A stretch of DNA of 61,606 nt, counting the filler. It is 4 parts of 4 records of this genome, joined end to end, with 100 filler letters (N's around TTAATTAATTAA, not from the genome) between each part and the next. Parts side by side here need not be neighbours in the genome. Positions count along the whole stretch, not along the records: positions 5,886 to 14,428 come from DRR723986_6949; positions 14,529 to 36,838 come from DRR723986_6953; 2 more parts are not named here. The stretch is one strand, 5' to 3'. Made by a program: the position numbers and the translations under genes. Below the pieces are notes generated by a model, which made no database searches, was not told the DNA's origin, and saw nothing but the letters and a program-made list of their open reading frames with translations. Positions 10,464 to 20,169 of the stretch are shown here, piece after piece. Position 1 is the first letter of the stretch. Every line of letters begins with the position of its first letter.

Positions 10464-11090
10464 TTAACGACGCAGGAGCCCAAAGGCGAAGTCACGTCCC
10501 AACCCCTGTTTAAATGCCAAGTGAATCCACATCATGGCCATGGGCTCCAGGTAACGCGCCGCGGAGAGTGGGCCGGCGTCAACTGCATCAAATCCAATTG
10601 CACTTGCAAGTTCCAGCACGCGCGTACGCGCCGCGTCATCATCTGCACATACCAGCATCAGTGCCTTCTGGTCACCAAATTGCGGGTTGCGCATATTTTC
10701 TGCTCCGGTGGAGTTAAAAGCCTTAACTACATGTGCATCCGGTACCAATCGCGCCAGCTTTTCAGCCGCTGAACTCTGGGTGCCAAGAACAAGTCCCTGC
10801 AAGCCGGGTTTAAGTGGGTTTGTGACGTCAATAATAACTTTGCCACTTAGCTTGCCCGCGGCTTCAACTGCACTGTTAACTGCGGACCAGGGTGTAGCCA
10901 GAACAACTGTTTCAGCGCCGGTGCACGCTTCTGCGATAGAGTGTACTGTGGCTGGGCACTCTGCCGCGCGATTAATCAACTCAGTGTCTTGCGGATTGCG
11001 CGCACCAAAACGAATCGTGTGGCCGGCGGCAGCCCAGCGCGTTCCCAAACTCATTCCAACATTGCCGGCTCCAATAATTGCGATTAACAT
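10464..11090 (-). CDS. NADPH-dependent F420 reductase family / F420_oxidored dinucleotide-binding enzyme
   Basis: IAIIGAGNVG Rossmann motif, LATPW, IDVTNPL, VVKAFNS, DAGPLSAARYLEP. Confidence 0.88.
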   Translation of the reverse strand: MLIAIIGAGNVGMSLGTRWAAAGHTIRFGARNPQDTELINRAAECPATVHSIAEACTGAETVVLATPWSAVNSAVEAAGKLSGKVIIDVTNPLKPGLQGLVLGTQSSAAEKLARLVPDAHVVKAFNSTGAENMRNPQFGDQKALMLVCADDDAARTRVLELASAIGFDAVDAGPLSAARYLEPMAMMWIHLAFKQGLGRDFAFGLLRR

Positions 11091-11149
11091 TTCACTTTGA
11101 CCTTTGTGTTAAACAATCGAGACTTAACATTTTTCAGAGTTTCCGCAAA

Positions 11150-12151
11150 TTAGTTCAGTTGTGGCAGTACAACTCCCAGAGCCGTGCCTACCAGCGCTCC
11201 AACAACAATATCACTCGGAAAATGTTTGCCAGCCTCGTAGCGCAAGTAACCGGTGACGAGCGCGGTGCTAAAGCTTATAATACCGACAGCGTAACGCGAA
11301 TCGCGGTCCGGATACATATCCCAGTAGGTAGTTGTCAGGAATGCCGCCGAGCTAAAAGCCAGAGTTGTGTGCCCCGAAAAAAAGGAGCGCGTATAGTCAG
11401 GCGCGCCGCGCATTTTATCTTCCGCACTTACATCCGGGTTAAACAGATAAGGCCTGCGGCGCGCCACCAGGTTTTTAACCAGAAGGTTAACGCCCAGCCC
11501 CACGGCCAGGGTTTGAGCGTAGGATCCCAAATAGTCTCCGGTCCCCACTTTAGTGCCGTCCGCCGTCGCATCCGGCAGTAAAAACACTGCGGCCACCAGC
11601 GGAGCCGCCAGATTTGAGTAAACGCCCCAATCGCTCAGTGCATCGGCGTCGGGATTCCAGCGGTAGGCCGCCGTGCGATCCAAAGCCACAAACGGAAAAA
11701 CCGAGCGTACCGAGTCAGGCGTCAGCCGCGCAATCTCCTCAGCCGTCAGTGTTTCAGCTCCGATAAAAAAGTGACTGAGCAAGCTCAGCCCTGCGCCTCC
11801 CGCCAGGCCGGCAATTTCGGCTTCACCAAAGTCCGTGTAGCTGTATTGATTTTCCATTGTTGCGGGCCGCGGCGCGCCAAAAAACGCAGGAACAGGCAAA
11901 CCATGCCGCGCGGCATACAAAAGCATGTGCGGAGAATCCACGCAGTCATCAGCATCGAATGCTGTATGCAATTCGGATTTCGCAGCCACAGAATCGGAAG
12001 CCGTAAAGGTGCCCGCCCTAAGTCCAGGCTGACCAAAAAGAGAACCACCAGGAACAAGAGTTGGCAGGCAAACACACAAAAATGCCGTCACAAGGCATCG
12101 CCAGGCCGGCCGTAAGTACGTTGATGACCGGATGTATGCTCTAAGACTCAC
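11150..12151 (-). CDS. PAP2-family phosphatase
   Basis: KxxxxRRRP, SFFSGHT and RYEAGKHFPSDIVVG motifs with hydrophobic helices; start uncertain. Confidence 0.85.
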   Translation of the reverse strand: MSLRAYIRSSTYLRPAWRCLVTAFLCVCLPTLVPGGSLFGQPGLRAGTFTASDSVAAKSELHTAFDADDCVDSPHMLLYAARHGLPVPAFFGAPRPATMENQYSYTDFGEAEIAGLAGGAGLSLLSHFFIGAETLTAEEIARLTPDSVRSVFPFVALDRTAAYRWNPDADALSDWGVYSNLAAPLVAAVFLLPDATADGTKVGTGDYLGSYAQTLAVGLGVNLLVKNLVARRRPYLFNPDVSAEDKMRGAPDYTRSFFSGHTTLAFSSAAFLTTTYWDMYPDRDSRYAVGIISFSTALVTGYLRYEAGKHFPSDIVVGALVGTALGVVLPQLN

Positions 12152-12377
12152 GATCTCCCCTCCAATGCCACGCCGAATTCAAATTTCCACCAGATAACAC
12201 ACCTGGCCGCAATCTACAAACAAGTGCAGCTATTCAGACAATAGTCAACCATACAGCGCCGTGAGCCGGATGAACATTTTTGGGTCAAAACCGGGTAGCA
12301 CAAAACAGAAACGCCGGCAGCCGTGGTGAGCTGCCATCCGTCCGTGTAGCCTAACTGCGAACTTCCGTCTAAAACTG

Positions 12378-12743
12378 TTAGATTCCGAGAGACTCGGCAT
12401 CCAGGGCCGCTTCCAGCGCCGCCACATTAATTCCGCCATGCGAAGCATGCCAGCGTACAGCACCATCGACCAACAGGAAAGCCTGCGGGCTTTCATGCCG
12501 GATTTCAAACTCAGAAGCGACAAGGTTGGAGAGGTCGCGCGAAGTTTGAACAACAATCAATGCCGCCGTTTCACCCTCATGCGCTGCCAAAAAGCGTCTG
12601 AATTCATTGTAGGCATGCGACGATACCGGGCAGGTCATCGAATGTTTTAAAATCCAGCGGTGGCCGCTGCCGCCGATAAAGGCAGCTAGTTCGTCGGAAG
12701 TTAAGGGCTGTTCAAGCCCGGTGGGCAATTCGTTGGTATGCAT
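12378..12743 (-). CDS. ytxJ: Monothiol bacilliredoxin BrxC/YtxJ family (DUF2847)
   Basis: LKHSMTCPVS, RDLSNLVA, IRHESPQA, WHASH; in-frame upstream extension to 12845 possible. Confidence 0.85.
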   Translation of the reverse strand: MHTNELPTGLEQPLTSDELAAFIGGSGHRWILKHSMTCPVSSHAYNEFRRFLAAHEGETAALIVVQTSRDLSNLVASEFEIRHESPQAFLLVDGAVRWHASHGGINVAALEAALDAESLGI

Positions 12744-13039
12744 GCGTGTTCTCAATTTGGTAATGGCCGCATAAAATAGAGCTGCGCCTAACACGCCCAT
12801 CATCATGAGGTCGACGAAGACATTAGTTGTTGTCATAACCGCCATTCATGTGTGCAAGGGATTAGTCGGTATTTGCTCAGACAATACGACTCCCGCCATG
12901 CCGGATTGTTGTCTATTTGCTAAGCAAAGATTAAAATATCACGACAGGTACTTTTGGGTATTTTCTGCAAAAAACCAGGTCCCAAATCCGTCAGTGACCA
13001 ATGTACTAATCCAATTCAAAAACCGGGAAGTCTGCAACA

Positions 13040-13912
13040 GTGAGAGACAAGCAAGAGGAAAAAGTTTTTTCCTATAGTGAAAGTATTCTCGTCCTGCGCG
13101 CCATCGTCCGCACGACAGCAGAACACAGTCTTCCCATTACATTTGATACGTCGCTTTTACGGATTACATTCCATGATGAAAAGGACAATGCAATCGCTCG
13201 TTTCCGCTGTCCACCGGCATTTCCGCCGGCGCCGTCTGTAGATTCTCAAGCAGACAATTCACTTTCTGATCCGATAACTTCGCCAGTGTTGGGCCGGCCG
13301 CCGGGTGCGTGGACTGACGCCGATGTACTTGCGCATTATGCCAAGTTGCTTGACGCCGAGCCACCGGCAGCATTCGTTATGCTTATCCAGGCCGGGCAGG
13401 CCGCCCTGGGGCTCACACATCGTGGTTTGCTGCGTGAGCACAAGATTATTCGCAAGTATATGGTACGCAAATCTCAGGGTAAATCACAACTCTCCTATCT
13501 TAAAAGCAAGGGTAAGTCGCGCCTGGGCTCCCGAATTCGCCTGCAGCAATCTGTTGAGTTTTTTGAAGAAATCAACACTTGGCTGGTACACCAGGCAGAG
13601 CACATCCAACCCGAACGGACTCTGTACGCATGCGCCGCCAGCCTCTGGCCACATTTGCTTAACTGTCGCATTGCACCACCGTTTAACAAAAAAGATGCGC
13701 ATTTAATGAAAATTCCGCGCGATTTTTCCAAAGCCACCCTTGTGGAGCTAGAGCACATCTGTCGCTTCATTCAAAAGGGGCGCTTCAGTTTTGACGCCGG
13801 CAATGCCTCCGCAGTAGAACTGCTTTCGCGACTTAAACTCCCCGAACAACAGGGCCAGGCATTTAGTTCAGGTGCAGAAAATGACGAAGACGAGGATTAT
13901 CTGGATTTTTAA
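13040..13912 (+). CDS. Vms1/ANKZF1-like release factor homologue (bVLRF1 family)
   Basis: LIQAGQAALG...HKIIRKYMVRKSQGKSQ...KGKSRLGSRIR matches the VLRF1 catalytic loop and SxG(S/A)xxR segment. Confidence 0.8.
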   Translation: MRDKQEEKVFSYSESILVLRAIVRTTAEHSLPITFDTSLLRITFHDEKDNAIARFRCPPAFPPAPSVDSQADNSLSDPITSPVLGRPPGAWTDADVLAHYAKLLDAEPPAAFVMLIQAGQAALGLTHRGLLREHKIIRKYMVRKSQGKSQLSYLKSKGKSRLGSRIRLQQSVEFFEEINTWLVHQAEHIQPERTLYACAASLWPHLLNCRIAPPFNKKDAHLMKIPRDFSKATLVELEHICRFIQKGRFSFDAGNASAVELLSRLKLPEQQGQAFSSGAENDEDEDYLDF

Positions 13913-14028
13913 CAGCACGAATAACAAACGCACTGCGGTTTGCACAGCTCCTGATCACGGTGTAAATTTCCGTCGGCTTTTTCGCTCTTAACATTTACCA
14001 TGTATCATTATCACTGGAAGTATCAATT

Positions 14029-14271
14029 ATGATTCTCAACAATGCGACCGACTCACCTGCCAATTGGAGTGTCAGTAACAGCACTAATACCGTCGCCGGT
14101 ACAAAGGGACCGGAATCCTGGGGGACGATCACACCGCCTCCCGGTGATTTCAACTACACTGTTACATTTGATGGACCACATGGCAAAGCTACGGTCGGCA
14201 ACGTCAACAATCCCGATGCTTGCGTAACCTACGTGGGTTCGGCGATTCTGGTGACGTACCCGGGAGCCTGA
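14029..14271 (+). CDS. Small hypothetical beta-rich protein (80 aa)
   Basis: ATG-started ORF with coding-like composition in otherwise empty space, followed by a terminator. Confidence 0.6.
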   Translation: MILNNATDSPANWSVSNSTNTVAGTKGPESWGTITPPPGDFNYTVTFDGPHGKATVGNVNNPDACVTYVGSAILVTYPGA

Positions 14272-14376
14272 TTTTCGCACCCGGCGGCGTATGGAAGCGG
14301 AAGTGGCTGTGTTCTATGGCCGGCGTTCAGCTCCTATACCCAACAGCATATGACATGGGTTGACAGTGCACAAGTT

Positions 14377-14425
14377 AAGCCCCTCACGTTCAGGCATGGC
14401 CTGCGTGGGGGCTTTTTTCTTTTTG
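14377..14425 (+). terminator. Intrinsic terminator
   Basis: aagcccc-tcacg...cgtgg-gggctt stem followed by ttttcttttt. Confidence 0.75.
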
Positions 14426-14428
14426 TTA

Positions 14429-14528
14429 NNNNNNNNNNNNNNNNNNNNNNNNNNNNNNNNNNNNNNNNNNNNTTAATTAATTAANNNNNNNNNNNNNNNN
14501 NNNNNNNNNNNNNNNNNNNNNNNNNNNN
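14429..14528. other. Artificial contig linker
   Basis: N44-TTAATTAATTAA-N44. Confidence 0.98.
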
Positions 14529-14530
14529 CC

Positions 14531-15025
14531 GCCAACGAGACTCCAGCCGCCGCACCAATTGAAGAGCCGGCCGCCGACGAAGCGCCAGCCGACGCACCAA
14601 CTGAAGAGCTGCAAGCCGACGAAGTTGCAAGCCAGGAATCCGGCGCAGTTGAACCGCAAATCAGCGAATCCGAACCCGCTCAAGCGGAAGCAGTTGAGCC
14701 TTCATCCGCAAATTCAGATGTAGCTGAGCCAACCGCCGGCAAGCCGGAAAACACTGAAAAACAAGCAGTTGCGGCCTTGAGTGACGCCGAGCTGCAAGCC
14801 ATGTTCGCTATCGCAGACTCCCAACGCGATAAAATCATCAAAAAAGTCTTCCGCAATGATAGCAGCCGCTTGTATGCCGCGCTGCGTAGCTTGTCAGAAG
14901 AAAAACACTGGAAAGCCGCCCTTAATCGTGTTGACCTGATTCTTGCGGAACAGGATGTGAATCCCATGGCGCCGGCGGCGGCAACATTCCGCGAACTCAT
15001 CATAAATCGTTTTGCGGCGGAGTAA
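14531..15025 (+). CDS. Hypothetical protein, 5'-truncated; acidic Ala/Pro/Glu-rich linker plus helical C-terminal domain
   Basis: Frame open from the contig start (ANETPAAAPIEEPAADEAPADAPTEE...) into the 14777-15025 ORF; ends 3 nt before obg. Confidence 0.7.
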   Translation, partial: ANETPAAAPIEEPAADEAPADAPTEELQADEVASQESGAVEPQISESEPAQAEAVEPSSANSDVAEPTAGKPENTEKQAVAALSDAELQAMFAIADSQRDKIIKKVFRNDSSRLYAALRSLSEEKHWKAALNRVDLILAEQDVNPMAPAAATFRELIINRFAAE

Positions 15026-15028
15026 ATA

Positions 15029-16129
15029 GTGTTTGTAGATATCGTTTCGATCGAAGTGAGTAGCGGCAAAGGTGGCGATGGTGCAATGTCATTTCGTCGC
15101 GAAAAATTCCTGGAAAAAGGTGGACCCGATGGCGGTGACGGCGGCAAAGGCGGCGACGTCATTTTTGAAGCCAACCCGCATCTGACGACACTGCTGGACT
15201 TCCGCTACAAACGCAAGTACAAAGCCGAAAATGGTGTGCGCGGTGGCGGAAGCAACAAAACCGGCCGTGGCGGCAAACCGGCAGTTATTAAAGTTCCGCT
15301 CGGCACCCTGGTCAAAAACAGCGAGACTGAAGAGATTGTGGCCGACCTGACGACGGCCGGGCAGCGCGTGGTTGTAGCGCGTGGTGGCTGGGGTGGCCGC
15401 GGAAATGCCGCGTTTAAGTCTTCAATCAACCAGGCACCGCGCAACTTTGAACCGGGCAAGCGCGCCATGGAAATGGCGCTGACTCTTGAGCTTAAGTTAA
15501 TAGCTGATGCGGGTTTAGTCGGTTTTCCAAATGCGGGGAAATCAACGCTGATCTCAACGGTTTCGGCAGCCAAACCCAAGATTGCGAGTTATCCATTTAC
15601 CACGCTGATACCAAATATTGGTATGGTGCGGCTGAGCATGGAGAAGAACTTTGCAATGGCCGATATTCCCGGCCTGATAGAAGGTGCGCACCACGGCAAA
15701 GGCCTCGGGATTCAGTTTCTGCGGCATGTGGAACGCAATCGTGTTCTCGTATTCCTGCTTGACCTGGAGGCTGAGCGCGAGCCCTGGGATCAGTACGAAA
15801 CCCTGTCAAACGAGCTGCACAACTTTTCGGCCAGCCTGGATGACAAGCCACGAATCATATGCCTGAGCAAGATAGATGCGATTCCGGAAGAATTCATCGC
15901 ACATGCGATTGAGACCGCGCCGGAAGGTGTTGATCGCTCCGGGATCATTCCAATCTCATCGATCACCCAAACCGGCCTGGAGAAACTGAAATGGCGCATG
16001 TGGGAATTGATTGAGAAGCTGCGCGCAGAAGATGACCTACCTGAGCCGGATGGTGACGGTTGGCCCACAGTTTTGCCGGAAGAAGGATTTGAAGACAGGC
16101 AGCATGCCGACGAGGATGAAGAAGAATAG
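15029..16129 (+). CDS. obgE: GTPase ObgE/CgtA
   Basis: FRREKF.EKGGPDGGDGG Obg fold; GFPNAGKSTL, YPFTTL, DIPGLIEGA. Confidence 0.97.
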   Translation: MFVDIVSIEVSSGKGGDGAMSFRREKFLEKGGPDGGDGGKGGDVIFEANPHLTTLLDFRYKRKYKAENGVRGGGSNKTGRGGKPAVIKVPLGTLVKNSETEEIVADLTTAGQRVVVARGGWGGRGNAAFKSSINQAPRNFEPGKRAMEMALTLELKLIADAGLVGFPNAGKSTLISTVSAAKPKIASYPFTTLIPNIGMVRLSMEKNFAMADIPGLIEGAHHGKGLGIQFLRHVERNRVLVFLLDLEAEREPWDQYETLSNELHNFSASLDDKPRIICLSKIDAIPEEFIAHAIETAPEGVDRSGIIPISSITQTGLEKLKWRMWELIEKLRAEDDLPEPDGDGWPTVLPEEGFEDRQHADEDEEE

Positions 16130-16170
16130 TTCTGTGCGCTTAGAGCTGCGCAACTGAATCGACTGAAAGC

Positions 16171-16209
16171 AAAAAAGGGAGCCCCAAGTATTTGGGGACT
16201 CCCTTTTTT
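16171..16209. terminator. Bidirectional intrinsic terminator between convergent obgE and the OmpA gene
   Basis: aaaaaagggagccccaa-gtat-ttggggactccctttttt. Confidence 0.85.
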
Positions 16210-16262
16210 ATTTCTATTGGCGTGAGCTTCAGAGTTCACTGCACCTGGTTTACTCCACCAGA

Positions 16263-18311
16263 TTACTGCACCTCAATGCGAATCGAACGGCTGAGGAAAC
16301 GACCTTCCGGCGTGTTGAGCGGGAAAGCGGGTTTCGAAATCTGCGTTTGAATCGTGTAGTCTCCGCCGGCAACATTGTTCAGGAAGTCGGCGACAGCCTG
16401 CGCACGTTTATTGGCAAGTTCGCGATTGCGTTCAGCACTACCGAGGTTGTCGGCACTACCAAATATCGTAATCGTGCGTTTGGCCGGTACGGCACGCACC
16501 ATTTGACGCAGGAGCGCTTCATTCTCTTTGCCAAGCACACTGCTGTTGTAAGGAAAACGCAGCAGCGGCTCAAAGTCTTCCAGGCTCAATTCGACTTCAA
16601 CCGTGCGGAATTCCTCGGGGCGCACTGTGCGTGCTGCTGAGAGATTGTTGGCCAGCACAGGGCTCATAGCTTCAACTTCGAGCTTGATTGGCTGCTTGTC
16701 GTCGATTGAGCGTTCCGAGAATGGGATGCGAACTTCACCCGATTGTGCCATTGGCCGTGCCGTCGGATCCAGATTACTGGTTACGAGTAACTTATGCTCT
16801 GACGGGAAGTTTTCAAGCTCCGCGGCCAGCACAACTTCACCACGTAGGCGCGAAAAGTTTGTGCGGTTGACATATGTCTGCTGCGGAACATTTTGCAGGC
16901 TAATGTCTACACGTCTGTTTTCCTCGCGGCCTTCCGGATAACTTTGATTGGATGGTTGATCCGGCAGAACGGTTGCGCCGTCAACGATTTTGATAGCTGC
17001 AGCATTAACACCAAGGTTCAGCAGGGCGGTGCGAATACTTTCGGCGCGATTGCGCGCCAGTGACGTTGCAGCAGTTTCATCATCATCAGAGCTGCTACCG
17101 CGCAGGATAACGCCTGCATTTGGATTTTCACGCAGCATCTTGGCGACGTCGGAAATGACGTTCAGATACTTCTTTTCCTGACGATAGACTGCGGCGGTCT
17201 CACGTGCCTGGACGTAACGCGCCGGGATTTCGCTGCTATTCTGTGGGAAAAAGACGGCGTTTACAACTGAGACTTGCGGCAGAGCAAGTAGCTCGTTGCC
17301 GACTTCATGCACGGCTTCAACTTCGCGAATCTCAATGTTAGCCATTGGAACCGGTTCAGGTTCTGGTTCCGGCTCGGGTTCTGGTTCCGGCTCAGGTTCT
17401 GGTTCCGGCTCGGGCTCCGGCTCAGGTTCCGGCTCGAACATGCCGATGGCAAAACGCAATCCACCTTCAACCCTAAAACCGGAAATTGACCAGTCTGCAT
17501 CACTCACAACATCTCCAAGATTCATGTCGTAGGCGACCTGCTGCGTAAAATGCAGCTTCTCAGTAATGCTGATCATATTTTCAAGGCCGAGCGTCAGGCC
17601 CAGACCAAATCCACTGATTGAGTTGATTTCGTCGTTGGCGACGATGCGCGATTCTTCAAGCCCATTTTCATTGCGGAAGTTTGCAAGCGCCGGGTCGTCA
17701 ATGACTTCGCGCTGCTCAAAACTGCTTTCAAAAGGGATCAGAAAGCGTGGGGCGCCTAAAATCCGCAGGGGACCGCCAAACAGGTCATCTACAACGGTTA
17801 AGCGAACTTCCGGCTGAAGTTCCAGATACGTCAACGTTGCGTCGATTTCATGTGTTGTTGGAACGTTGACAACGTTGCCGCTGACGGTATCGCGCACTGG
17901 GCGCACATCTCCGGCAGTCAGGACGCCGCCACGATCGCGAATGCCGACCAGGATACCGAAGTGCAGGCGTTCAGCCATCGGAATCTCCACACCGAGCGAG
18001 ATGCCCAGGCCGGAGCCGTCACCCTCTTCAAACAAACCACAATCTATAGAGCCGTCTATCTGGCGAAGTGAGACGTCATAGTTGGTAGAAAGAAATCCAC
18101 CGCGAATGTGGATTGCATATTCTTCCTTGGCAAAAGGGCCACCCTGCGCATTCAGCAACTCAGCGCCACATAAAAGTGGTACAAGTATGCTGAGCAGCAG
18201 AGTCAGATATTTGCTGGAAGTAGATCGGGAAAAAATCGAATTCGAGGCGCTCGTGCGGCCCGAAATTCTGTGACCCGGACCGTCGGGAAGGATAGAAGCC
18301 TTTTGACGCAT
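16263..18311 (-). CDS. OmpA-family protein: N-terminal beta-barrel-like region, (EP)14 linker, two OmpA-like peptidoglycan-binding domains
   Basis: LARNRAESI...ENRRVDI and GSADNLG..RNRELANKRAQAV...SRSIRIEV; signal-like hydrophobic stretch; start uncertain. Confidence 0.82.
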   Translation of the reverse strand: MRQKASILPDGPGHRISGRTSASNSIFSRSTSSKYLTLLLSILVPLLCGAELLNAQGGPFAKEEYAIHIRGGFLSTNYDVSLRQIDGSIDCGLFEEGDGSGLGISLGVEIPMAERLHFGILVGIRDRGGVLTAGDVRPVRDTVSGNVVNVPTTHEIDATLTYLELQPEVRLTVVDDLFGGPLRILGAPRFLIPFESSFEQREVIDDPALANFRNENGLEESRIVANDEINSISGFGLGLTLGLENMISITEKLHFTQQVAYDMNLGDVVSDADWSISGFRVEGGLRFAIGMFEPEPEPEPEPEPEPEPEPEPEPEPEPEPVPMANIEIREVEAVHEVGNELLALPQVSVVNAVFFPQNSSEIPARYVQARETAAVYRQEKKYLNVISDVAKMLRENPNAGVILRGSSSDDDETAATSLARNRAESIRTALLNLGVNAAAIKIVDGATVLPDQPSNQSYPEGREENRRVDISLQNVPQQTYVNRTNFSRLRGEVVLAAELENFPSEHKLLVTSNLDPTARPMAQSGEVRIPFSERSIDDKQPIKLEVEAMSPVLANNLSAARTVRPEEFRTVEVELSLEDFEPLLRFPYNSSVLGKENEALLRQMVRAVPAKRTITIFGSADNLGSAERNRELANKRAQAVADFLNNVAGGDYTIQTQISKPAFPLNTPEGRFLSRSIRIEVQ
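17352..17435 (-). repeat. Coding hexamer tandem repeat, (Glu-Pro)x14
   Basis: ggttc/ggctc units with 6-nt period and synonymous variation. Confidence 0.9.
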
Positions 18312-18610
18312 GGTTTTGCGTTTCCTTGCTTGTCTGCGTGTAATGGAGAAATCAACGAAGGCCGAAGACATCAAAGCCGACAATATACAAGAATTGCAGC
18401 TGTTCGGCAGGTCAATTTTTGTGCCATTGTTTCGAATTTGTTTGCTCTAAGGGCTGAAACCGTCAGGTCGGCAGGCGGTTACAGTAAATCTGCATACATG
18501 TAGCGCGCCGCCATTCGCAGTAGAATTCGTAGTTTTGCACTTTGGTCTTTGGCCGGACCTTGTAATTGCAAGCTCCTGGCCAGGTTCATTCCTACGGGAA
18601 AGGTGCTGTA

Positions 18611-19303
18611 ATGTACGCTGTTGTTTGTGTTCTGTTGTTCTGTGTTGTTTCCAGTCAGATGCATGCCGCTGCCTGTAACTGTCGGGAGACCGATCGTTCG
18701 ATCGAGATTAACACCGCCTCAGGCGACCGCATGTTGCTCTGCGGATGGGAAGACAGCGCAATTGCGCCGGAGGTCTCACCAGCACCACTTGTAATGCTGA
18801 CATTACGCGACTGCGGTGGCGATAGCCTGATCTGGAGCAATGAGCTGGATGACGTCACACCATACCGCGCGGAAAAAGATTCGGAAGGCATCCGTTTTAC
18901 GCAGGGCCTGCTCCTGGCGCTGGGGGATTCCAAAGTCATCAATCTCGTGGACCTGAAACAGTACGACCTGCTACTGAACGATACAGGCGCGGTTTTTGAC
19001 AGCAGTTATGTGTTTGAGCCACCCAAAATTGTTGGCCGGAGGCTGACTGAACTGCTGGAGCCCTGCCGCAGAATCGCGCAGGAGATTCGCGAGGGTGAAC
19101 ACCTGGCATTTCCCGGCAATACAAGCGATCTGAAAGAAATATTCCTGGGAGCAGTCTCCAATATCCGCACGGCGCGCTGGCTGTTCACTTCGCTGCAGCA
19201 GCACTTTTTGCTCGAAGGCAACCTACGCTATGAGTATGAGGGGCTTGCGCAGATCTACGACTACATCAATAAGCATGAGCAATTTGATGCCGCAGATAAG
19301 TGA
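18611..19303 (+). CDS. Hypothetical exported protein
   Basis: MYAVVCVLLFCVVSSQMHAA signal-like start; stop overlaps the pgeF start. Confidence 0.65.
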   Translation: MYAVVCVLLFCVVSSQMHAAACNCRETDRSIEINTASGDRMLLCGWEDSAIAPEVSPAPLVMLTLRDCGGDSLIWSNELDDVTPYRAEKDSEGIRFTQGLLLALGDSKVINLVDLKQYDLLLNDTGAVFDSSYVFEPPKIVGRRLTELLEPCRRIAQEIREGEHLAFPGNTSDLKEIFLGAVSNIRTARWLFTSLQQHFLLEGNLRYEYEGLAQIYDYINKHEQFDAADK

Positions 19304-20063
19304 GTCCGCAGCGGCGCGGCTTGCACTTGACAGGCCGGCAGTCTTTGCCGATAATATCGTTGCCGCGGTGACTCAGGCCAACTTTGAGCTGGAAGCACCC
19401 TTTGGTTTTCAGGCGCGCCAGCGCCCGGAGCTTCCGGACGGCATGGCGATCCGCCACCGGCGCGCCCTGGCTCAAAGTCTAAATATTGATCCTGCTGTGA
19501 TTTTACTGCAGAGTCAGGTTCACGGCGACGTGATCCAGATACTAAAGAGTGACGCAGGGACGACATCAACATCATTTCCACTGCGCGAATCCGACGGAAT
19601 GATCAGCAATGCCCGAGACATAGCTCTGGGTGTGATCATCGCAGACTGCGCCGCAGTACTGCTGCACGATCCGGTCTCGGCCAGTATTGGCGCGCTGCAC
19701 TCCGGTTGGCGTGGCACAGAGCTGGGCATAAGTTCTAAAGGGATTCAGGCGATGCAGCAGGCCTTCGGTGCACACAGTGAATCGATGTGCGCCTACGTCT
19801 CGGCCTGTGCCTCTCAAGCTCAATATGAAGTTGGTGCCGAAGTCGCTGAGCGCTTCCCAGCCGCTGTCGTAGAGAATCGAGCTGGAAAATTTTTTCTGGA
19901 TATCCGCGCGCAGATAGTCGCTCAACTGCAAGACTGTGGCATTTCCGCCTCAAATATTGAAGTTTCTGAGGCTTGTACTATCGCAGATAAGCGTTATCAT
20001 TCGTTTCGGCGCGATGGACAAAACTCGGGACGCGCCCTTGCTGTAATCATGCAACGCTCATGA
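19287..20063 (+). CDS. pgeF: PgeF/YfiH family (purine nucleoside phosphorylase / laccase-domain protein)
   Basis: QVHG, IADCAAVLL, LHSGWRG, CT, SFRRDG motifs. Confidence 0.88.
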   Translation: MPQISESAAARLALDRPAVFADNIVAAVTQANFELEAPFGFQARQRPELPDGMAIRHRRALAQSLNIDPAVILLQSQVHGDVIQILKSDAGTTSTSFPLRESDGMISNARDIALGVIIADCAAVLLHDPVSASIGALHSGWRGTELGISSKGIQAMQQAFGAHSESMCAYVSACASQAQYEVGAEVAERFPAAVVENRAGKFFLDIRAQIVAQLQDCGISASNIEVSEACTIADKRYHSFRRDGQNSGRALAVIMQRS

Positions 20064-20169
20064 TTTTGGCCCTGGAAACTCTCTCCAGAATGCACGCCGG
20101 AATGTGCTGCACAAAAAGTGTCAGAAAAATTACACAATTGGACCAACGTTTTAGCGATCGACATGTACT

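Noticed and set aside
10263..10772. 169-aa plus-strand ORF
   Set aside because: Overlaps the F420-reductase-family gene antisense, has a TTG start and atypical composition.
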